IMG/VR virus record: IMGVR_UViG_3300008469_000001 | Location: 23,922 to 87,921 of that record | Direction: 5' to 3' (one strand) | Length of the DNA stretch: 64,000 bases | DNA from: a virus | Shown: positions 58,001 to 64,000 of the stretch, piece by piece | How positions within the stretch are numbered: the first letter of the stretch is position 1 | Layout: each line of letters opens with the position of its first letter | The notes under the pieces: generated by a model | What the model was told of the DNA's origin: nothing | Seen by the model: only the letters and a program-made list of their open reading frames with translations | Databases searched by the model: none | Position numbers and translations under genes: made by a program

Positions 58001-60636
58001 AAGAGGACTATGTTGAATATAAACATGTTGAATATGAATTAGATGTTAGATTTAAAGAGAATTTATTAACTTATTACCAATTCAATGAAAAAGCAGTTAC
58101 ATCATTAAATGAAACAGTTAAAACAATAATTAAACAAATGAATCAAAAAGAGTCATTGGAAACAACTACATTTGATAAAGTACATTATGGTTCACATCAT
58201 AACTTTGATATTGATGGTATGCATATTGGATTATCTGATAGATTAGTTGAATCATGGCAAACTAAAATTCATAAAGATTCTATGGTCTTGAGTGTAACTG
58301 ATGACAAAGCTTTAAAAACAAGTATTGATGTTGAATATGAGTTCAAAGAAGAGAGAATATTACAACCTCATGATTTATATGGTCATATGGGGTATACTGA
58401 TGAGTCATTACAAAGATCGATCGAGTCAAAATTAACTGATTCATTAATCCAACACTCTGAAGAGAGATTTGAAGATAAATTATACACACACACATATGAT
58501 ATGATGATGCATGATATACATCATCATTATGGTGATTATTTGGATGTAATACTTTCAGATTCAATTCATACTTATATACATATAGTTAAAAAACCTTGGA
58601 TATTCCCTGAGTTTGATGAGTTTGGACATAATGAATACCCTCATATGTATAATGGTGATTCTGATGAATTTGATATTACAACAGAATTAAGAGACCAATT
58701 AAAAATTGATGCTAATGCATTTTTATATAATGTTGGAGCATTAGTACAATTCAATGAAAACTTATTAGTTGGTCAACATTGGGATATGGGAAAAGATGAT
58801 ATTATAAGTGCTAGTGTAGTTGATGATTTAAAGGTTATAAATATAGGGTTTAAAGACGACTTAGATGTAAACACAAATGATGTAACAAGATTACAAAAAA
58901 CTTTCTATGAACAACCAACAAATATTAGTATTCAAGATACAGTTTGGTATGGATATAAGCTGAGAGATGAATGGTTGCAGATTGAAACAAAAGACCAAGT
59001 CGATTATGGATATGAAGATATGGTTATGCATGATGTTGTAGTTAATGTTGGTTTAAAAGATTGGTTACTAATGTCATATGGATTTAATGAAGGTAAAGCA
59101 ACAGCACTATTAGATGATAAAATACTTTCTACTGAATTAGGTACATTAGTTTCAGATGAAGTTAGTGTAGCATTTAAAGAAACATTAAGAATAGACGATT
59201 TCCAAGAGTTATTCTATAAAGATGATGTTTCTAAAGTAGGTATAAGTGATAGTGTTACTGTGACAGATGAAATTGATTTAAGTGTAGGTTTGGAAAGAGT
59301 TGATAACCTGGATATTAGTATTACTGAAAGATTAGAATATGGTGAAGGTAAATGGTTTCATGAAGTTGTTAGAGGATACATTCAAAATAGATTGAGTATA
59401 TATGATGGTGATTTAACATATCCACCAAATTTAATGGTTGATTTAGAAGACAGTTTCCATGAATATACAACTATAGCACCATTTAAAGATAGTTTAGGTG
59501 TACAAACATATGAAAGATTAAAATATGGTTTAATTTTCAAAGATAGTATTAATGCTCAAATTTTAAGAGATAACCATTTATTTATCAGTAGAAAATGGGA
59601 AATTGATAGATATGGTGTAAATGATGTAATTCATGATAGAGATGGATATGGTATGGAATATCCAGATGATGTATCAGCAGATAATTCATTCGCCACACTT
59701 ATACAAGATGATATTAAAATTATAGAACATATGGAATTAAAAGATACTTTGGATTTAATATCTGCTGACAGATTATCAACTGCTGATGAATCAAATATGG
59801 TTGATGTTTCAAATAGTGAAGATGGTATTGTTATTTCTAATGTTGATAATTTGATGTATGGTATTGGCAAATATGATTATATTTGGGATGCAAAAGAGTG
59901 GGAACATTATGGTTATAGTATTCCATATGAAGAATGGACTGGACATATTCCTCATGATGATTTCCCTTATGATGAAATGGAACACCAAGATCAGGGTGAG
60001 GATTTATCACAAATTGTTACTGGTGTAACAGAAAATCTTTTATATGGCTTTGATTTTATATTTAAAGATACAATAAATATACAAACTGTAGATAGTGGTG
60101 GTTTTGAAACATGGGGCTACCAATCTGTATTCAAAGAAACAGCAATGGTTTATGTTGATAATAGATTAGAAAGTTCATGGGCTGATACCGATGATAACAC
60201 AACTATGATTGAAATGAGAAAAGAACAAATGAGAGTAAGTTATGATTTTGATGACACTATTAAAGAACATATATTTACTAGAAATGGTATTATTAGTCAA
60301 GAATTGATTAACATTTATGATATAGATACTTTACAATTGATTGAACAAATTTATAAGTATAGAATTTATGAAACATTAGATACTCAAATTAATGATAATT
60401 TATTCACAACGTCATTATTCAAATATGATGATGAATTAAGCTTAGTTACTGATTATAAAACTAAGATTGATTTGTATACTGAACAATCTGATGGATCTGT
60501 AACAAAATCCATGACATTGATTAAAGATAAGACTACAGCTAGAGTAGAATTATTATTTGGAGATGTTATAAATACAAATGTAAAAGATAAGTTACAAGGA
60601 ACTTATGCAAATAGACCAAATGAGTATTTGGAATAA
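52054..60636 (+). CDS. Giant baseplate-associated structural protein (gp7-like position)
   Basis: 2860-aa uninterrupted ORF after gp6; central EFLPFHSV resembles the PxH motif of gp7/gpI-type wedge proteins; repetitive acidic C-terminal half. Confidence 0.6.
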   Translation: MPNLLKSLPREILDKEDSKFIYNVLNPLLFEKIRENNIETLKSYTVSEMLDKDINKYEQFDANFRIPYNIDSRSFHVYMGDGQEKIKLENYRKEELILELDEIKEFIFFYFSVEGYGFIKKIIEKYYFIKNEVEKNKKLYKTNYDKYIISVDVKKKKVFKQTFEYFKEIYDEFNLLLTEFDVVFRELSLNADYSVNQLVDNIASSIGDLYKIRTFDNDIVFTKSKLFAYLSNNVNFGDDILKHTFSGKEIIGTKVFQPNNIIELMSIFALELYEIKAKYSTYLSILVDNNGMGYSLKRSSEKFVKNKILNNIILDLDSDNLTYFINEENNELEIYLYFDRVFRIEESTLKIKINDRNYERSIVSLNGHIHNGYTMFDYFDDTTKYYKITIHNYLVKDLDDEYVNFNIDNIELEFDAVESVMYAPTSSNEPLIETTGFLDNFVIYKKNSSSGFYERFDIPYKIKINIDEKEERYNRIYEFMGINAGAQQAILDAEDILISCYSFDYMYEPKLYVDFFKDLSNTIELRYHTIVQYTLIDDVIDKDFEIPYYSEIEILEYNSNIKKNVLMYDGKVYRRIFDNKGYMQLVNPYNEPNNNFVSKISYDYLDKRDHVRDILITEKVEKLPFYANLKFLEPYQYDKDRNCIIIFYMNNQYVIPLDENLVRNNNYEQITYDPISDTLFYASCEKCSKDFIYANEKIYIHNDITDIYDELELVSTELINLSETSNRIYYDIFTMKHAISIGGEKFNLTNLYLASNEEALKYVNQSLVYVEKKFGIPRFKSIDGNIYDIEFANGLILKGETEFERSLIYDVNNNTIEYKHNQYDSFFISLEIADEPNNYHRLAGLNVNSIFYAGNAMPENSNKSFYGRENIMSSLTMPDDVYNIGRSSDTFNNLKQHKLLGEQLDLNVENASKHNMEQEPYLMFKSSTSSLKGLESYLKSNLKSISQDIEVSPVYLVQRNRFISEWARVSSVLPTNSFAENSLKELVADLMETKLINGVYDDLIDIFKNNEYEKFSLDTNNIHGILVQYIRRYLEDEFLLEDLNYYLIHSLWMDNNRKKVLDFIKSVASEKVIKMLSSMSFNANFEKEKLFYTFIEELEKVNKTTIESYKPIANYSDWLDYEENNKVKFEKPFRYDIIDITDFITMPIDWKQPLVLIRPLTEDGVFTKRDYRFLDSSIATNSQITYDDSYNEYVEDIKNKLNKPVNYLDETLRILQDLSLEGEFDFLGVNLVIVKWIVERFLPNYILSNEIGDVTTFREIVKNELLSSEHPNLIVSYNKIKESILLRDLGSNVNEIYESITSGELVVNSYIRLDITDNMELEYLDKIKRPAEHYFDFLFGIGRHDIITKILALFTEDVIASSMLDLSFAINIKNSKGDETYDIYEKMIYELFDEFLPFHSVLDKIIFTIKIMETNSAEAISKQAEVETKDEMLIDIFTKFAEKVRIQTFDRAIVSSKISALFPSEGLKLCGGHDEIPYDFDRKIKVGGHDVPMHMDDSYGVDDDWYIVNRDSWKERPQDIYTPPEFADLLWSCIPENEFEKVADVYLDDYYHIKQNIFERDDRIESYFVDSLQAIGVGYNLDENPDINVTEDYLIAIDSTFNIRFYDMENMPHDEYGLDEAWGPEDQTTLIGAKENMYQTIMQEFYDKINVSVMDSVWTDIKVLYDLTNIPGHDEFAVDEYYHQLGPDRLGQEISTMVYDDLLHQGFGITANDMSDISLIDKELAIKSIQDSKLFADARVTDDIHVTIDIWAGRSSIEFLTPSGVFVPPGHDEFAYDEFYHDSADLDRVANMTDTTLYDALGIVRVDFGFMRMLPIDPYQDLIDQKFYRADQPGSEFQKTKVKDTLTSDVRIFGKDIIRVSTLDMYMLDIIDEELRREIYSNIENDTLTGDYFAAELGDVLTKRHIHHDFRENIVALEKYASVLDDETILGIFGPRAAQIERDKLFELRIGDSLKNDIKLKIPVDRSLTQIDKDYLKEIRIEEEDYVEYKHVEYELDVRFKENLLTYYQFNEKAVTSLNETVKTIIKQMNQKESLETTTFDKVHYGSHHNFDIDGMHIGLSDRLVESWQTKIHKDSMVLSVTDDKALKTSIDVEYEFKEERILQPHDLYGHMGYTDESLQRSIESKLTDSLIQHSEERFEDKLYTHTYDMMMHDIHHHYGDYLDVILSDSIHTYIHIVKKPWIFPEFDEFGHNEYPHMYNGDSDEFDITTELRDQLKIDANAFLYNVGALVQFNENLLVGQHWDMGKDDIISASVVDDLKVINIGFKDDLDVNTNDVTRLQKTFYEQPTNISIQDTVWYGYKLRDEWLQIETKDQVDYGYEDMVMHDVVVNVGLKDWLLMSYGFNEGKATALLDDKILSTELGTLVSDEVSVAFKETLRIDDFQELFYKDDVSKVGISDSVTVTDEIDLSVGLERVDNLDISITERLEYGEGKWFHEVVRGYIQNRLSIYDGDLTYPPNLMVDLEDSFHEYTTIAPFKDSLGVQTYERLKYGLIFKDSINAQILRDNHLFISRKWEIDRYGVNDVIHDRDGYGMEYPDDVSADNSFATLIQDDIKIIEHMELKDTLDLISADRLSTADESNMVDVSNSEDGIVISNVDNLMYGIGKYDYIWDAKEWEHYGYSIPYEEWTGHIPHDDFPYDEMEHQDQGEDLSQIVTGVTENLLYGFDFIFKDTINIQTVDSGGFETWGYQSVFKETAMVYVDNRLESSWADTDDNTTMIEMRKEQMRVSYDFDDTIKEHIFTRNGIISQELINIYDIDTLQLIEQIYKYRIYETLDTQINDNLFTTSLFKYDDELSLVTDYKTKIDLYTEQSDGSVTKSMTLIKDKTTARVELLFGDVINTNVKDKLQGTYANRPNEYLE

Positions 60637-60724
60637 ATTATAGAAATAAATTGGTTTTAAAAATAAAAAACCAATTTCTGTAATAAATAAAATAAAATAA
60701 ATAAATTGTTCAAGGGGAACTGAT

Positions 60725-61252
60725 ATGAGTATGAAAGAATTATCACAACCAAATGTAATTGGTACGTTAAAAGTATATGACGGATTAGATTTAGTAGTTG
60801 AGAAGAAAAATAAGATCAAATTAGACAACTTTGTTAGAACTTTAGCATTCGGTGCTGTACATGGAGATGTTACAAACGCAGATGCTTATAGAATTTCTAC
60901 AATCAGATTTGGTTCGGGTGGAGAAGATCTAGATGGAAATGAAAAAACTCCAGATGTTTCTACAGATACATTATTTGAGCCTATGCACTCAGAAGATGTT
61001 GTTGGGTCAGGAAATGGTATCAAAGTATTAGATATTAAAGATGATGCAAACAATATTATTGAGCCTAACTCAAAAATTATTGAAGTAAATGCAACAATTA
61101 GTTCAACAGAAGCTAATAGTGTTAAATTTAATGAATTAGGATTATTTGATTCTTCAAATAAAAAACTAACTCACATTACATTTGATGGTATTACAAAAAC
61201 TGAAAATAGAACATTATCATTTACTTACCAAGTAGAGATTACAGTTTCTTAA
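60725..61252 (+). CDS. Baseplate / tail-fibre attachment protein
   Basis: IRFGSGG..FNELGLF..THITF..KTENRTLSFTYQV, typical of fibre-collar / baseplate-periphery domains. Confidence 0.7.
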   Translation: MSMKELSQPNVIGTLKVYDGLDLVVEKKNKIKLDNFVRTLAFGAVHGDVTNADAYRISTIRFGSGGEDLDGNEKTPDVSTDTLFEPMHSEDVVGSGNGIKVLDIKDDANNIIEPNSKIIEVNATISSTEANSVKFNELGLFDSSNKKLTHITFDGITKTENRTLSFTYQVEITVS

Positions 61253-61288
61253 TTTTGTCTGTATAGACAAAACCCTTCAGAACCTTTA

Positions 61289-61316
61289 TTTTATGGGGTA
61301 GTTGTACCCCATAAAA
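61289..61316. terminator. Hairpin terminator (a second, smaller hairpin at 61253-61272)
   Basis: TTTTATGGGGTA-GTTG-TACCCCATAAAA, perfect 12-bp stem. Confidence 0.65.
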
Positions 61317-61399
61317 CTATACATACAATTCCTATGCAAAATTTCTTATAGTAAAATTAAATAAAAACAATTTAATATTTTTCTGTTCGCAAAAAAGAG

Positions 61400-61407
61400 T
61401 ATAAATA
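61400..61407 (+). promoter_or_regulatory. T4-type late promoter
   Basis: TATAAATA 30 nt upstream of the GTG at 61438. Confidence 0.65.
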
Positions 61408-61437
61408 AGAGAAATAAAATGAAAAAAAGGATATGCT

Positions 61438-62115
61438 GTGGAATATTTAACACCTGAAATGTTTACAGAAGAAGGTATAGAATTATCATTAGAATCAGAA
61501 ATCAAACAAAAGGAAACTTTTGAGTATCAATTGAATGGATACCAAACTCAGATTGATGACATTAAATATACATATTATAAAGAGCTTTTAGTCTATGAAA
61601 GAAAGAAAATTCAAAATCCAAATACTATCCCAAATAGAGTTGTTTTAGAACAACTAAAACAATTAGAAAATAATGAAATATATAAAGACATTATGAGTAA
61701 GGTTAATAGTCTAAAAAAACAGATAAAACAGATTGATGAAAAAGTTTTAAAAATGAAAAGTAAATTGGTTGGTTTGTTTCAGTTTAAACAAACAGATTGT
61801 GATAATTACATAATAAAATTAGATGAATATTTTAAAGGTACATTAGAATTTAGAGAATTGATGGAGTTTATTTTTGAGAAAGAATTTAAAAATAAAAGAT
61901 TATATAAAATTGTATCAGCTCAAAGAAATTATCCTATTTTAGAAATGTTATTATTAAGAGCACCAGAATACATTAATGAAACATTTAATATTATATTACA
62001 AGAACAAACAAAACTTTTTATATATGAAGAAGATGAAATAATTTCAAAGTATAGAAATAATACTATGGTTGATGTAATGGCCTTTTTATTATTGGAATTG
62101 GAAGGAGATGAATAA
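61438..62115 (+). CDS. Hypothetical protein
   Basis: 225-aa ORF, GTG start after AAGGA, stop overlaps the next ATG. Confidence 0.65.
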   Translation: MEYLTPEMFTEEGIELSLESEIKQKETFEYQLNGYQTQIDDIKYTYYKELLVYERKKIQNPNTIPNRVVLEQLKQLENNEIYKDIMSKVNSLKKQIKQIDEKVLKMKSKLVGLFQFKQTDCDNYIIKLDEYFKGTLEFRELMEFIFEKEFKNKRLYKIVSAQRNYPILEMLLLRAPEYINETFNIILQEQTKLFIYEEDEIISKYRNNTMVDVMAFLLLELEGDE

Positions 62116-63845
62116 TGAGTCAAGATGCTAATGCTTCAAAAACAGCTGCTTCTACAACACCTACAAGAGCATCAATAGGACAAAAGTATCCATCAATAGG
62201 TGAAAAACAACAAGCAACAGAGAAAGCTAGAAAGAAAACTGTAACTGCAAAAAAAGAGAAAGTAAAAAAAGATAAGGTAACAGATGATAAACTAAAAAAA
62301 CTTAATAAAGCAAAATCGGCAAAAATAGCAAGTGAACATAAAATTGAAAATAGTGAAAATACAATAAGCCATAAAGAAGATGTAATAACACTTAATAATT
62401 CAGCTATAGATGATAAAAATGAAGCTATTAATGATAACAATGTAAAAATTAAAGATTTAAAGAAAGATGGTTCACCAGCAGCACTGTCCGAAGCAAAAGC
62501 ATTAGAATCTAAAAATAAGAAATTAATCCAAGAATCAACAGATTTAGTAACGAAAAATAAATCACTTGATAGTGAAATTAAAGATGAAAAACAGAAAATT
62601 AAAGATGAAAAAGCTAAAGAGAACCAATTGGATACTGACATAGATACTGCTAAAAGTGAATATGATGCTGCTAAAAAAGAATCAGATGCTGCTACTAATG
62701 ATCTAGAAAAAGACGAAAATGAGTTAAGCAAAGCAAAAGAAGATGAAGATGAAGCATTTGATGATGTTGCTGAAAAATACCCAAATTCAGTAGGTAAAGA
62801 AATAAAAGCTATGAAAGATGCAGAATCAAAAGCTGCAAGTGATAAAGCAAAATCTACAGCTAAGAAAAATGCAGCAGATAAAGCTAAGAAAGACCAAGAA
62901 GATGCAGATGCATTATATGACAAACATTGGGATGAAGTCTTTGTTAATGATAAGAAAGAACCCCCATTAGCAGATTTTTATGATGATGATGCTGCAAGTG
63001 ATTGTAAAACTCCGGCATGTTTGAATAATCTGTTAAATTCAGCAAAAGCAGCAAGAGCAGCACAGAGAATAAAAGATTTAAAAGAGAAATTAAATTATGC
63101 TAGCTCTCCAGAAGAAGTAGATAAAATAATGAAAGAATTAGGAACTCAAAAAGAAGCTCTTAGTTCAGCAGAAAAGTCATTAAATCAAGGTTTAGCAGCT
63201 GCACTTTTAGGTGCGAGTGGTTCCCCAAAAGTTACAACTGACGGTCAGGTTATTTGGGATTCAAATAAAGCTGGTGTAAATATGCCTGGTAGGTTAGACG
63301 ACCTTATTGCTAAACATATGCAACCAAAATATAAGCATGCTTATTTAGGAGAATTTCCAGAAAAGCTCTCAAATTTAGATTGGATGGTTAAATCTATGGA
63401 TAGACCAAAAATTGATGTTGAGTATGTTGAACAAATGAGAAATAATGTTAAAAGAAATTATCCTATTAAATACAGTTATGGTGATATTAGTTTTACATTT
63501 TGGGATAATGTAGAACATAAAACAATAAGCACCCTTCATGAATATTTTACTGGAAAAGTTTGGAATCATGCAGCAGGGGTTGCAAACCCTGGATTTATAA
63601 TGTTAAGAGACAATACTATTATTCCACAGTTGATAGTATGGGATTTAACTGTTGATGGACAAAATAATATGAAATACATATTTGAAAATGCGGCATTGGT
63701 AAGTTTTGATTTTGATTCAAATGAAGATGAAACAGATGAAGGAGTTCATACTATACAGGCAGTTTTTAAATTTGAAAGATATGATGCTATACCAACTAAG
63801 GGAACGCCCCCTGGATTGGCTATGAAAACGGTTGAATGGTTATAA
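62115..63845 (+). CDS. Coiled-coil protein with C-terminal tail-tube-like domain (gp19/gp54-like)
   Basis: N-terminal ~390 aa K/A/D/E-rich; C-terminal VKSMDRPKIDVE..NNVKRNYP..YGDISFTFWD..LVSFDFD..IQAVFKFE is tube-fold-like. Confidence 0.7.
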   Translation: MSQDANASKTAASTTPTRASIGQKYPSIGEKQQATEKARKKTVTAKKEKVKKDKVTDDKLKKLNKAKSAKIASEHKIENSENTISHKEDVITLNNSAIDDKNEAINDNNVKIKDLKKDGSPAALSEAKALESKNKKLIQESTDLVTKNKSLDSEIKDEKQKIKDEKAKENQLDTDIDTAKSEYDAAKKESDAATNDLEKDENELSKAKEDEDEAFDDVAEKYPNSVGKEIKAMKDAESKAASDKAKSTAKKNAADKAKKDQEDADALYDKHWDEVFVNDKKEPPLADFYDDDAASDCKTPACLNNLLNSAKAARAAQRIKDLKEKLNYASSPEEVDKIMKELGTQKEALSSAEKSLNQGLAAALLGASGSPKVTTDGQVIWDSNKAGVNMPGRLDDLIAKHMQPKYKHAYLGEFPEKLSNLDWMVKSMDRPKIDVEYVEQMRNNVKRNYPIKYSYGDISFTFWDNVEHKTISTLHEYFTGKVWNHAAGVANPGFIMLRDNTIIPQLIVWDLTVDGQNNMKYIFENAALVSFDFDSNEDETDEGVHTIQAVFKFERYDAIPTKGTPPGLAMKTVEWL

Positions 63846-63868
63846 TAAAATAAAGGAGGGTATATATT

Positions 63869-64000
63869 ATGGGAGTTTTAGATTCTTTAGCAAGTGGTGC
63901 TAGTTCAGGATTTGGTAAAGTTCAAGACCAATTAAGTCCAAGCTCATTAATTGGTGATGATGGGGGTTTTAGTACATCTAATATGGCTACGGATTTACTA
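63869..64000 (+). CDS. Hypothetical protein, 5' part only
   Basis: ATG at 63869 after AAGGAGG; open to the window end (MGVLDSLASGASSGFG...). Confidence 0.6.
   Translation, partial: MGVLDSLASGASSGFGKVQDQLSPSSLIGDDGGFSTSNMATDLL

Noticed and set aside
1-64000. Alternative genetic code, tRNA or rRNA genes
   Set aside because: Standard code gives full-length genes ending in TAA, TAG and TGA with high coding density; no cloverleaf or rRNA-like sequence was noticed in the short intergenic gaps (not checked computationally).

Overview
Very AT-rich (roughly 27% GC by eye), densely coding segment of a large T4-superfamily myophage genome. It carries portal (gp20), prohead protease (gp21), scaffold (gp22), major capsid (gp23), neck and tail-completion genes (gp13/14/15), sheath (gp18), tube (gp19), gp2, gp4, a gp26-like chaperone, baseplate wedge genes, a 2568-aa tape-measure-like protein and a 2173-aa tail fibre with an S74 chaperone. 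It also carries tmk, HU, a gp46/gp47 (SbcCD-like) pair and a 213-aa miniature DnaE-like polymerase. Many structural genes are preceded by T4-type late promoters (TATAAATA). The standout feature is a complete-looking plasmid replicon between gp47 and the virion genes: a Rep_3/RepB-type initiator (24136-25467) behind a ~1-kb non-coding region with iteron-like direct repeats, a second family of quasi-palindromic sites and 16-bp palindromes. This suggests a T4-like phage-plasmid; a Campylobacterota host is only a tentative inference from composition and Rep style. Other notable signals are a likely programmed -1 frameshift (T TTT TTC) extending the gp26-like gene, three tandem tail-tip genes sharing an HxHDxxY module, and a U32-like Cys-rich enzyme plus methyltransferase inside the tail-fibre cluster. 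No terminase, integrase, tRNA, rRNA or CRISPR array was seen in the window. All product calls come from motif recognition by eye, not from database searches.
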